Shown: positions 9,278 through 18,218 of the stretch, in pieces | Layout of the letters: every line of letters starts with the position of its first letter | Numbering within the stretch: the stretch's first letter is position 1 | DNA from: Deltaproteobacteria bacterium RIFCSPLOWO2_12_FULL_60_19 | Lineage (GTDB): Bacteria > Desulfobacterota > Binatia > UBA9968 | Assembly: GCA_001798595.1 (NCBI GenBank) | Contig: MGSS01000051.1 | Location: forward strand, 6,270-70,269 | DNA: 64,000 nt | Direction of reading: 5' to 3' | Made by a program: the position numbers and the translations under genes | The notes under the pieces: model-generated | The model's input: the letters and a program-made list of their open reading frames with translations, nothing else | Told to the model about the DNA's origin: nothing | The model's database searches: none

Positions 9278-10279
9278 ATGCACATCTCCACCTCCGTGAG
9301 CAAGCCCCCTTCCCCCTTCTTCATCGTGGGATGCACGCGGTCAGGCACGACTCTGATCTCCAGAATCTTGGACAGTCATTCCAGGCTGGCGGTCTATCAC
9401 GAGAGCCATTTTTATCATCTCCTGCGCAAGGATCTCCATCGTTATGGAGACTTGCGGCAGCCGGCCAACCTGCGTCGGTTCGTGGCTGATGTTCGGGAGG
9501 TCCTCCGGCGACAGCGAAAAATGGAGCCGCCAGGGGAACAAGAATTTCTCGAAGCGCTGGTCGCGCCTACTTTCGAAGGAGTGTTGGCTACGGTGTTGCA
9601 GCTCTATGCCCGGCTGCAAGGGAAACTCCGGGGGGGCGACAAGACACCGGGGCATCACAGCTATCTCCAAGAGATCACAGAGAAGCTCCCGGACAGTCCG
9701 GTGATCTTTGTGATGCGCGATCCCCGCGATGTCGTGCTCGCGATCCGGGAGAAGTTCGGCATCAGCCTCAAGGGCGCGACCGCGTTGTGGAATGCGGCCT
9801 TTATCAGTTACGAGAAGTTTTCCCATTGGGTTCACCTGGTACGGTACGAAAAGTTTGTGCAACAACCAACGGAAGGCGTGGAGGCGATGTGCGCCTACAT
9901 GGGTGAGCGCTACGAATCCGACATGCTGCGTTTCTACGAGAGAATTCCCGACCGGTTGGCGAGAATCCCATTTAACCAGGATCTCCTGGGACCGGTGGAT
10001 CCCCGGCATATGGGCAGGTTCCGGGAGATGCCGCCCCGGGAGATTGAACGAATTGAAGCCGCCTGCGCGGCTGGGATGGAAACCCTGGGGTACGATTTCA
10101 TCGGCGCGACGCCGAAGGCCTTACCCATTGCGCCCCCAACCAAGTTCGAATTCGTCATGGACCGGCTGCGCTATTATCGATGGGATTGGGGACGTTGGCG
10201 GCGCGGATGGATCCGCTGGAAGATCGTGTTGCGGCTGCGCGCTCGATATTTTTTGTCGTTGGGATGGCTCCGAGATTGA
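9278..10279 (+). CDS. PAPS-dependent sulfotransferase
   Basis: 5'-PSB motif FIVGCTRSGTTL and 3'-PB motif VMRDPRDVV. About 330 aa, typical of bacterial carbohydrate/lipid sulfotransferases. Confidence 0.7.
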   Translation: MHISTSVSKPPSPFFIVGCTRSGTTLISRILDSHSRLAVYHESHFYHLLRKDLHRYGDLRQPANLRRFVADVREVLRRQRKMEPPGEQEFLEALVAPTFEGVLATVLQLYARLQGKLRGGDKTPGHHSYLQEITEKLPDSPVIFVMRDPRDVVLAIREKFGISLKGATALWNAAFISYEKFSHWVHLVRYEKFVQQPTEGVEAMCAYMGERYESDMLRFYERIPDRLARIPFNQDLLGPVDPRHMGRFREMPPREIERIEAACAAGMETLGYDFIGATPKALPIAPPTKFEFVMDRLRYYRWDWGRWRRGWIRWKIVLRLRARYFLSLGWLRD

Positions 10280-10375
10280 GGATGAATGTGCCGCTGGAGC
10301 GCCTGTACCAGCACGCTTGGCCTGACCACGGACTCACTAAACCGCCGTGCCGGTCACAACCAGGAGCGTATAACC

Positions 10376-12025
10376 ATGAGTATCTTCGCTGATCTTAAAA
10401 TGTACTGGAGATTCGCAAGGGGACTGCGCAGTTTCCTCCGTCATACGCTTTCGCTTGAGGAAGCGAAGGCCATCGTGCGCCAGCGTATGGCGGATCGCGA
10501 AAAGAATTTCCTGCGCTTAGTGGACCACGGAATCTTCGGCTACCGGCGCAGTCCCTACCTTCCCTTACTCAAACTCGCCGGTTGCGAGATGGGAGACATC
10601 CGAAACATGGTTCGCTCCAAAGGACTGGAGGGGACGCTGCGCGCCCTGAGGGCAGCCGGGGTTTATATCACGTTCGAGGAGTTCAAGGGCCAGGAACCCA
10701 TCGTGCGCCAGGGGCGCGTGATCCCCGTACATGTTCATGACTTTGACAATCCTTACTTGAGTCACTACTACCAGGCTGAGACCGGTGGGACGACAGGCGC
10801 GGGGACGCGGGTCCAGATCGACTTAGATCACTTGGCGGAACGAGCTTCGTACGACTTGCTAACCTACGACGCCTATGGCGTGCTCGATGCGCCAGCCGCA
10901 ATGTGGCATGGTACCTTACCCGATAGCACGGGTATCAGCCGCATCCTGCGGCGCGCCCGTACGGGCCGTGTTGTGGAGAAGTGGTTCTCGCTCACAACAG
11001 GTCGAGATCTGAGAAGATCTCTCAAAAATCGTCTCGCTACCGAATACGTAATCCTTGCCGGGCGCCTCCTTGGCGTCCCCATTCCTCGCCCCGAACCGGT
11101 GAGTCTGGACCAGGCAGCCATGGTGGCCCTTTGGGCAGCTAAGATGCTGGAGGCTCATGGGGCCTGCCTGATCCATACCCTTGTCAGCAGGGCGGTGCGG
11201 GTATGCGTCGCCGCCCAGGAGAAGGGGCTCAAGCTTACTGGCGCTACCTTCCAGTTTGGCGGTGAACCGCTAACCCAAGCTAAGATGGCAGCGATTACGC
11301 GCACTGGTGCCCGGTGTTACCCGGCGTACCACTTCGAAGAAGCCGGTCCCGTGGGCATCGGTTGTGCCCGGCCGGTTGATGAAAACGATCAGCACTTTCT
11401 GAAGGACGCCTTGGCTTTGATCCAACATCCGCGCCAGGTGCCTGGTGCCGATATCACCGTTGACGCCTTCCACTTCACAACCCTGCTGCCTTCAGCGCCC
11501 AAGCTCATGCTCAACGTGGAAAGCGATGACTACGGCGTTGTAGAGACGCGCTCTTGTGGCTGCCCATTCGAGACCTACGGTTTCACAGAACACCTGCGTG
11601 ACATCCGCAGCTTCAGCAAGCTCACCAGTGAAGGCGTAACGTTGGTAGGCAGTGAAATGGTCCGCATCCTGGAGGAGGTCCTGCCGGCAAAATTCGGTGG
11701 CAGCCCTCTGGATTATCAGTTGATGGAGGAGGAGGATGAACAAGGCTTCACCCGGCTAAATTTGCTGGTAAGTCCGAAGATCGAGATCGCGGATGAGGCG
11801 GCGGTCATCGAGACGGTGCTTGAGGCGCTGGGCCGCAGCAGCGTCGCAGCGGATCTGGCCCGAGCCCATTGGGGCCAGGCCAAGACGCTGAGGGTAAAGC
11901 GGATAGAGCCTATCTGGACCGCCCGAGGCAAATTGATGCCGCTTCATCTGGCACGCCGCCCGGCGGGCCGGGCCAGCGCTTCAACAGAATCCAAGACCGC
12001 CTCAGGTCGCAAACCGAGCAACTAA
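10376..12025 (+). CDS. PaaK/F390-synthetase-like adenylate-forming enzyme, paralog B
   Basis: MSIFADLKMYWRFARGLRSFLRHT... is collinear with paralog A along its whole length (QAETGGTTGAGTRVQIDLDHL). Start placed at the ATG 9 nt after AGGAG rather than at the upstream in-frame ATG at 10286. Confidence 0.55.
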   Translation: MSIFADLKMYWRFARGLRSFLRHTLSLEEAKAIVRQRMADREKNFLRLVDHGIFGYRRSPYLPLLKLAGCEMGDIRNMVRSKGLEGTLRALRAAGVYITFEEFKGQEPIVRQGRVIPVHVHDFDNPYLSHYYQAETGGTTGAGTRVQIDLDHLAERASYDLLTYDAYGVLDAPAAMWHGTLPDSTGISRILRRARTGRVVEKWFSLTTGRDLRRSLKNRLATEYVILAGRLLGVPIPRPEPVSLDQAAMVALWAAKMLEAHGACLIHTLVSRAVRVCVAAQEKGLKLTGATFQFGGEPLTQAKMAAITRTGARCYPAYHFEEAGPVGIGCARPVDENDQHFLKDALALIQHPRQVPGADITVDAFHFTTLLPSAPKLMLNVESDDYGVVETRSCGCPFETYGFTEHLRDIRSFSKLTSEGVTLVGSEMVRILEEVLPAKFGGSPLDYQLMEEEDEQGFTRLNLLVSPKIEIADEAAVIETVLEALGRSSVAADLARAHWGQAKTLRVKRIEPIWTARGKLMPLHLARRPAGRASASTESKTASGRKPSN

Positions 12026-12142
12026 CTGCTCCGGTGCGACACACGCTTCGTTTGTTCCTTCCGAGTTTGACGGGATAATTTCCCTAAGATATTGTAACCG
12101 CCGTATCGCATCCGGGGACACGCCGCTTATTCCAGCACATCA

Positions 12143-13417
12143 ATGATGGACCGACCGTTGCGCTTCTGCATGATCACGACCTTCTACCCGCCTTACAACT
12201 TCGGCGGGGATGGGATCTTTGTCCACCGCCTATCCAACGAGCTGGCGCGCCGCGGCCATCAGGTCGACGTCATCCATTGCCGGGACGCCTACCGGTCCGT
12301 GGCAGGTCGCGACGCTTCCGGCAAATATGACGACCATCCGAATGTGACGGTCCACGGCCTCAAAAGCCCCTTCGGATGGCTTTCCCCGCTGGCAACGCAA
12401 CAAACCGGTTTTCCGTTCTTCAAGTCGACAGCTATTGCTCGAATTCTGGATAAAGGCTTTGATGTCATCCACTGCCATAACATCTCACTGCTCGGGCCAA
12501 AAGTTTTGGAATACGGCTGCGGCGTCAAGCTATACACCATGCATGAATACTGGCTGGTATGCCCCACTCAAGTGCTGTTCAGGTTCAACCGCGCGGCATG
12601 CATTCGGCCGCACTGCTTTCTGTGCACGCTGAGCTATAAGCGGCCGCCGCAGTGGTGGCGTTACACGGCTCTTCTTGAAACCGCGACCAAGCACGTGGAT
12701 GCATTCATCGCCCCGAGCCGTTTCAGCAAAGAAAAACACCGTGAGATGGGACTCGCCATGCCGGTTGTGCATTTGCCCCATTTCTTCTCTTCAGCCGAGG
12801 ACGATTCTGCGCCGAGGACGCAAGGCGCGGCCGCCGAGGCGGCGAAACCCTATTTTCTCTTCGTTGGCCGCCTGGAAAAGCTCAAAGGGCTTCAAACCCT
12901 CATCCCGGTTTTCAAGAGCTACGCGAAGGCTCAGCTGCTCGTCGCGGGCACAGGCACTTACGAGTCAAACCTGAGGCGACTGGCTGCGGGCAGCCCGAAC
13001 ATCCGGTTTCTCGGTCATCTGCCCGAAAGCAAACTGCCGGCCCTCTATCGCCAGGCGGTTGCGGTCATCGTGCCGTCGATCTGCTTCGAGACTTTCGGCC
13101 AGGTCATCATCGAGAGCTTCAGCCAGAAGACGCCAGCCGTGGCGAGAAACCTAGGCGCCATGCCGGAGATCATTGAAGAGAGCGGCGGCGGATTGGTTTA
13201 CGACACGGAAGCCGAGCTGATTGTCGCGATGGATCGCCTGTTGACGGATTCATCGTACCGGCGCACTTTGGGAATCAACGGTCATGAAGCTTACTTGCGG
13301 AACTGGACGCCGGAAGTTCACATGCAGCGTTATTTTGCTTTGATCCACGAGATCCGGCAGCGCAGGCTGACCGCAACTTCGACACGCGGGAGGACTCATT
13401 CAAGTGGACACCTTTAG
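12143..13417 (+). CDS. GT4 (GT-B fold) glycosyltransferase
   Basis: N-terminal FYPPYNFGGDGIFVHRLSNELARRGHQV. C-terminal E-x7-E motif ETFGQVIIESFS. Confidence 0.8.
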   Translation: MMDRPLRFCMITTFYPPYNFGGDGIFVHRLSNELARRGHQVDVIHCRDAYRSVAGRDASGKYDDHPNVTVHGLKSPFGWLSPLATQQTGFPFFKSTAIARILDKGFDVIHCHNISLLGPKVLEYGCGVKLYTMHEYWLVCPTQVLFRFNRAACIRPHCFLCTLSYKRPPQWWRYTALLETATKHVDAFIAPSRFSKEKHREMGLAMPVVHLPHFFSSAEDDSAPRTQGAAAEAAKPYFLFVGRLEKLKGLQTLIPVFKSYAKAQLLVAGTGTYESNLRRLAAGSPNIRFLGHLPESKLPALYRQAVAVIVPSICFETFGQVIIESFSQKTPAVARNLGAMPEIIEESGGGLVYDTEAELIVAMDRLLTDSSYRRTLGINGHEAYLRNWTPEVHMQRYFALIHEIRQRRLTATSTRGRTHSSGHL

Positions 13418-15428
13418 AGATCTGCCGGCGCGAATATTTTATAAGCATCCAAGACTTCTCGCCTTCGTTTTCCTCGCTGCGATCAGCTTTGTCGCTTATG
13501 TTAACGCCCTGCCGAACAGCTTTCATTTTGATGATGTTGTCGGCGTCGTTCGGAATCCCACGATTCGGGATCTAAAATATATACCTTCCTACTTTACTGA
13601 TCCGTCCACCTTTGCTCTTGGCCGCACCCGGGAATGGCGTCCGGTGCTACAGATAACCTACGCGCTGAATTATTCGATCGCCGGCCTCAATCCCATCGTC
13701 TTTCGCGTCTTTAACCTTCTTTTCCATCTAGGAACGGCCTTTTTGATTTTTCTCGTCATCACAGAGATATGCGAGCACCCACCCCGCAAACTGCAGTCGG
13801 ATTCCCGTGTGCCCGTGGCTTTGCCTGCGCTTTTCGCGGCAAGTCTCTTCGCCGTCCATACGGCGAACACCGAAGCCGTGGACTACATCTGGGCGCGGAG
13901 TTCCGTTCTCGCAACCTTCTTTTACCTGCTCGCTTTCTACTGCTTCCTGCGGGGGCCTTTCAGCGACGGGAGGAGCAAACAACTGCCGTGGCATGCAGCG
14001 GGACTGCTCTCGTTTGCATTGGGGGTGGGCACTAAAGCGACCGCTGTTACTTTACCCGCGGTCTTGGTGCTTTACGAAATCCTGTTTCTCAACCCAGCTG
14101 GGAAAAGCCCGCCGCGATTGTTCCTCGACGAACCTCGGCGGATCAAAAAATATATCCCGGTAATCGCGGTTTTTTTCGCCTATCTCGCGATCCGAACGTT
14201 ACTTTTGCCTCGAATGTTCACCAATATCGCGGCGGCTAGAGAAGTTTCATCGCTGTCTTACCTGCTTACTCAATTTCGCGCTTGGATTTACTATCTCAAG
14301 CTCTTTTTATGGCCTCACCCGTTGCTCGTTGATTTCGCCGGCTTCGGCTGGTCCCATTCCCTCTGGGACATCAAAGTCTTGTTGTCGCTCGGGTTGATCA
14401 GCGCGCTTCTCGTTGTCGCGTGGCGCGTGCGCCGGACGAAGCCGCTAATAAGCTTCTTTGCCTTTTGGTACTTTGTCGCGCTGCTGCCCGAGGCAAGCTT
14501 CATCCCGCTGGCCGACGCGGTCGTTGGTTACCGCGCCTATCCCGCGTACATCGCGCTCGCGGTGATCGCCGCGATGCTCGGCCTTGAAGGATGTTTGTGG
14601 CTCTGGAATCGATTCGGTGGATCGGACGAAAGAAACGCCTCGCGGCTTCGGCACCTCTGCGTCATGCTGGGAAGCCTGGTCCTGGCGGCACTCATCGCCG
14701 CCACGATCGCCCGCAATCGGGATTGGCGCGACGGGATGACGCTGTGGAGCGACGTCATCCAAAAGGACCCTGCAAACCCTCGCGCCTATATGATGCTCGG
14801 GGCGCAATTTCTCAATCAGGAAGACTACGAAAATGCTAAAGAGATGCTCGAACATGCAATTAGATTGCGACCCGGACGATCTCATGCCTACGTGCTTCGG
14901 GGATATCTGAACTCACGCCTAAACCGCCATGAGGAGGCCCTGTCGGATCTCGACCGGGCGGTCCAACTGGACTCCCGCGCCCCCTACGCCTACTTCTATC
15001 GCGGGGAACTGCACAGAAGAACGGGCGAATATGAAAAAGCTCTGGCCGATTACCATGCCGCGTTGAGGTTCCTGCCCTTTTACACCGACGCCTACCTCGG
15101 CCTTGCCATGACGCATTTGGAGAAACATGAAACTGCCAAAGCTATCGAGGCTTGCACGAAACTGGTCGGAATCGATCCTGAGGATCGGCGGGGGTACGAT
15201 TGTCTGGGAAACCTTTTCATCGAGCAAGGGCGCTTCCCGGAGGCAGTCGCCTTATATCAACAAGGGACTCGCCGCATCCCGCGAGATAGTGGGCTCTGGT
15301 ATGGCTTGGGAGTCGCCCATGAGAAAAACGGGAATTATGAGGAAGCGGGAAATGCGTTTGAAAAGGCCGGCCGGTTAACGTCTGAAACGAATCAGAGATC
15401 GCCTATAATGATTCCCTTGGTTGAGTAG
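13404..15428 (+). CDS. Polytopic membrane protein with DUF1736/PMT-like N-terminal domain and C-terminal TPR repeats (TMTC-like putative glycosyltransferase)
   Basis: NSFHFDDVVGVVRNPTIRDL motif. About 10 predicted TM helices. C-terminal TPR repeats (AYVLRGYLNSRLNRHEEALSDLDRAVQLD...). Confidence 0.6.
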   Translation: MDTFRDLPARIFYKHPRLLAFVFLAAISFVAYVNALPNSFHFDDVVGVVRNPTIRDLKYIPSYFTDPSTFALGRTREWRPVLQITYALNYSIAGLNPIVFRVFNLLFHLGTAFLIFLVITEICEHPPRKLQSDSRVPVALPALFAASLFAVHTANTEAVDYIWARSSVLATFFYLLAFYCFLRGPFSDGRSKQLPWHAAGLLSFALGVGTKATAVTLPAVLVLYEILFLNPAGKSPPRLFLDEPRRIKKYIPVIAVFFAYLAIRTLLLPRMFTNIAAAREVSSLSYLLTQFRAWIYYLKLFLWPHPLLVDFAGFGWSHSLWDIKVLLSLGLISALLVVAWRVRRTKPLISFFAFWYFVALLPEASFIPLADAVVGYRAYPAYIALAVIAAMLGLEGCLWLWNRFGGSDERNASRLRHLCVMLGSLVLAALIAATIARNRDWRDGMTLWSDVIQKDPANPRAYMMLGAQFLNQEDYENAKEMLEHAIRLRPGRSHAYVLRGYLNSRLNRHEEALSDLDRAVQLDSRAPYAYFYRGELHRRTGEYEKALADYHAALRFLPFYTDAYLGLAMTHLEKHETAKAIEACTKLVGIDPEDRRGYDCLGNLFIEQGRFPEAVALYQQGTRRIPRDSGLWYGLGVAHEKNGNYEEAGNAFEKAGRLTSETNQRSPIMIPLVE

Positions 15429-15456
15429 CCTAAGCAAGGCCCTGTCGGTTTTGCTC

Positions 15457-15488
15457 AAAAAAAAGGGGGGATTTTATCCCCCCCCTCA
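15457..15488. terminator. Bidirectional rho-independent terminator between convergent genes
   Basis: AAAAAAAAGGGGGGATTTTATCCCCCCCC is a perfect G/C stem flanked by an A-run and a T-run. Confidence 0.7.
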
Positions 15489-15544
15489 TAGTACCTTGGT
15501 TAAACTTACGCCGAGTACTTACCCTTGATTCCCCTGGTTAGCCA

Positions 15545-16429
15545 TCAATCAGAATGAGGGGCTGTAAATGAACCCACAGGCTTGGGACCGGCGTCCAGGT
15601 ACTTACGGCGCCAGTCAAGGAGCGACGTCTTGTCCTTGCCGAAAAAGACCCGCACCCCGGATTCATAGCTATAGCGGGAGCGATTGTCCACTGTGAGCTT
15701 GAACACGTTGACCTCAACGTTTTCCAACGGCATCACGGACATGCCAAGGACCGGCCCGACTCCGGCGCTGCGAACCTTGTGACGGTAGGGGCCTCCAAAC
15801 GTGTTGACCTGCAGGCCGACGGTCAGCTCTAGATTATTCTTCTTGTTTCCCGTGAGCACGTTGAGTGCGCCAAGGTCGATTGTAGGGAAATAACTTACAG
15901 TGCCCTGAAGCCGGTTTGTTGGGACCATAAGCCGTTTAGCGTCCTCCTTCCTAAAATGAGTACATTTGTCATCTGCGCAAACCTCCTGTTGCGGGGAGGA
16001 AACCGGCTGAGTGTAGCTAACATTCACATTCATCTGGGGGTAGTAAAGGGCCACTGCTGGAGTGAGCCACAAGTAGTTAGAATCTCTGAGGGTACGGGCC
16101 TGGTAGTTCACAAAAACGCCGGCTTTACCCCCAACCCAGCCGTAAACCGGACCAACGTCTAAACCAAACTTGCTCCCCTGACCTCCAGTGTACTGAGCCC
16201 GTCCCTGAAGACCGAGATTTTGCAAGGCAAACGGGAGCATTCCCAAAGCCTCAATCGAACCTCTAGCGCCGGCTCGACCGACATGGTAACCCTGCGGTAA
16301 ACCTGTTTCCCTCTCTGCGCCAACAGATGCAGCCACGTAACCGAATGTCTCAATCTGCGCCGCGATCCCTCTCGGTACCCAAAGCACAACCGCCATGAAA
16401 ATGGCAAGCGCGCTAGCTAGTAACTTCAT
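15545..16429 (-). CDS. Putative outer-membrane beta-barrel protein (porin-like), signal peptide
   Basis: MKLLASALAIFMAVVLWVPRGIAAQ signal. Alternating hydrophobic/polar beta-strand pattern. Unknown family. Confidence 0.45.
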   Translation of the reverse strand: MKLLASALAIFMAVVLWVPRGIAAQIETFGYVAASVGAERETGLPQGYHVGRAGARGSIEALGMLPFALQNLGLQGRAQYTGGQGSKFGLDVGPVYGWVGGKAGVFVNYQARTLRDSNYLWLTPAVALYYPQMNVNVSYTQPVSSPQQEVCADDKCTHFRKEDAKRLMVPTNRLQGTVSYFPTIDLGALNVLTGNKKNNLELTVGLQVNTFGGPYRHKVRSAGVGPVLGMSVMPLENVEVNVFKLTVDNRSRYSYESGVRVFFGKDKTSLLDWRRKYLDAGPKPVGSFTAPHSD

Positions 16430-16733
16430 AGATGTTTTCCTCCTTATTTAGTTCCGTCTGATCCGTTCACGATGGGTCTATTGCTCGCTTTTACTAAAAT
16501 GGCCTTCCGATGTCAACTCCCCGTGCAGATTCTTTTGTACCTCGAACTTGAGTCCTTATACGAAATCCAGCCCCCCCTTGTCAAGCGAAAAAATCGGGAA
16601 ATCAAACCCTGGTTCAAAAGCATGTCTCACTACACATTTTACGTGTCGGGGGAACAGGAGCGGGGCTGGAAAACCAAAGCGGATAATGCTATCGGTCGAT
16701 CTCTTCAGACGATAACGCGGTCAGGAGAACATC

Positions 16734-18218
16734 ATGGGTCTCACACAAGAGGTTGTGGGTTTCGTACGGAGGACACGCTATAAGGACATGCCCCCTGAGG
16801 TGATCCGCCTGGCTCTGGGGTTTATCCTCGACGGTCTTGGAGTCACCCTGGCGGGGTCAACGGAAAAGGGGTCGCGCATCCTCCAAGCTTACCTGCGGCA
16901 ATTCGCCGGCCGGCCCGAGGCCACGGTCATCGGCGGCGGCTTTATGGCGCCGCAAGCAAAAGCCGGTTTAGCGAACGGCGCCGCCGGCCATGCGATGGAC
17001 TATGACGACACACAACTATCGACTTCCAAGGAAGCGGTTTACGGCCTGCTCACCCATCCGACGGTTCCGGTTCTCGCGGCAGTGCTTGCGGTAGGAGAGA
17101 AGGAGCGTTTAGCGGGGGACGATTTTTTGCTGGCTTATATCTTAGGAGTCGAGGTGGAATGTCGCATCGCCGACGCGGTCAACCCGCGCCACTATCAAGC
17201 CGGCTTTCATTCCACGGCGACGATCGGCGGGCTTGGCGCCGCGATGGCTGTGGGAAAGCTCTTAAACTTGAAAGAAGAGGCGCTGGCGCGCGCTTTGGGC
17301 CTGGCGGCCAGCATGGCCTCCGGCCTGAGAGAAAATTTCGGCACGATGACCAAGCCGCTCCACGCCGGACGGGCCGCGGAAAACGGCGTGACGGCCGCGC
17401 AACTTGCGGCGAAGGGTTTTACCTCAGCCACCAATATCCTCGAAGCAAAGCGGGGCTTCTTCAACGCCGCGGCGGGCGGGTGCGACGAAACGAAGATTGT
17501 CGGCCGGCTCGGCCGCCCCTACTTCATGCAGGAGCCGGGAATCTCGATCAAGCCCTACCCCTCCGGCTCGCTCTCTCATCCGGCGCAGGATGCAATTCTC
17601 GATCTGGTCAGGCGCCACGATCTCAAGGCGGGAGATATCGAATCCGTCGAAGTCGGAACGAATTCCAATGTCCCCAACGCCCTTATCTATCCCATGCCCA
17701 AAACCGCTCTCGAAGGAAAATTCAGCATCCCCTTCTGTATGGCCATCGGGATCCTTGAGCGGAAGGCCGGCATCGCCCAGTTTACCGACCGCAAGGTGCG
17801 CGAGCCTAAAGTCGTGGAGTTGATGAAGCGCGTGACGCTGGTGGTCGATCCCGAGTTGGAAGCGCTAGGTTACGATCAAGTGCGTTCCCGCGTGCGGGTC
17901 AAGCTCAAGGACGGCAAAACCGTCGAGGCCAGGGCGGATGTCGCCAAGGGCCATCCGCTGAAGCCGATGACCTGGGCCGATCTCGGCGAGAAATTCCGTG
18001 ATTGCGCGCGCCTCGTGCTCTCGCGCGCCGCCACCGAGGAGACGATCGAGCTGGTTGCCAACCTAGATAAGATGCGAAGCCTGTCGCCTTTGCTCCGGGT
18101 CCTCGGCGGAGGCAGGCTTCGATCCGTCAATAAATCCGGAAAAGCGAGAGGCAGGAGACCCAGGAACAAAAGATGGAACGGCACTCCGAAAAGATCGCGG
18201 CCTTTATCGGCGGTCTGA
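16734..18218 (+). CDS. MmgE/PrpD family protein (2-methylcitrate dehydratase superfamily), copy 1
   Basis: N-terminal VVGFVRRTRYKDMPPEVIRLALGFILDGLGVTLAGS...AMDYDDT is typical MmgE/PrpD. The 3' end probably lies earlier than the ORF stop, which overlaps the next gene. Confidence 0.75.
   Translation: MGLTQEVVGFVRRTRYKDMPPEVIRLALGFILDGLGVTLAGSTEKGSRILQAYLRQFAGRPEATVIGGGFMAPQAKAGLANGAAGHAMDYDDTQLSTSKEAVYGLLTHPTVPVLAAVLAVGEKERLAGDDFLLAYILGVEVECRIADAVNPRHYQAGFHSTATIGGLGAAMAVGKLLNLKEEALARALGLAASMASGLRENFGTMTKPLHAGRAAENGVTAAQLAAKGFTSATNILEAKRGFFNAAAGGCDETKIVGRLGRPYFMQEPGISIKPYPSGSLSHPAQDAILDLVRRHDLKAGDIESVEVGTNSNVPNALIYPMPKTALEGKFSIPFCMAIGILERKAGIAQFTDRKVREPKVVELMKRVTLVVDPELEALGYDQVRSRVRVKLKDGKTVEARADVAKGHPLKPMTWADLGEKFRDCARLVLSRAATEETIELVANLDKMRSLSPLLRVLGGGRLRSVNKSGKARGRRPRNKRWNGTPKRSRPLSAV

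Noticed and set aside
16472-16783. 103-aa ORF upstream of the first MmgE/PrpD gene
   Set aside because: No RBS. It overlaps the likely promoter/5' region, and its C-terminus runs into the prpD-like start. Probably non-coding.
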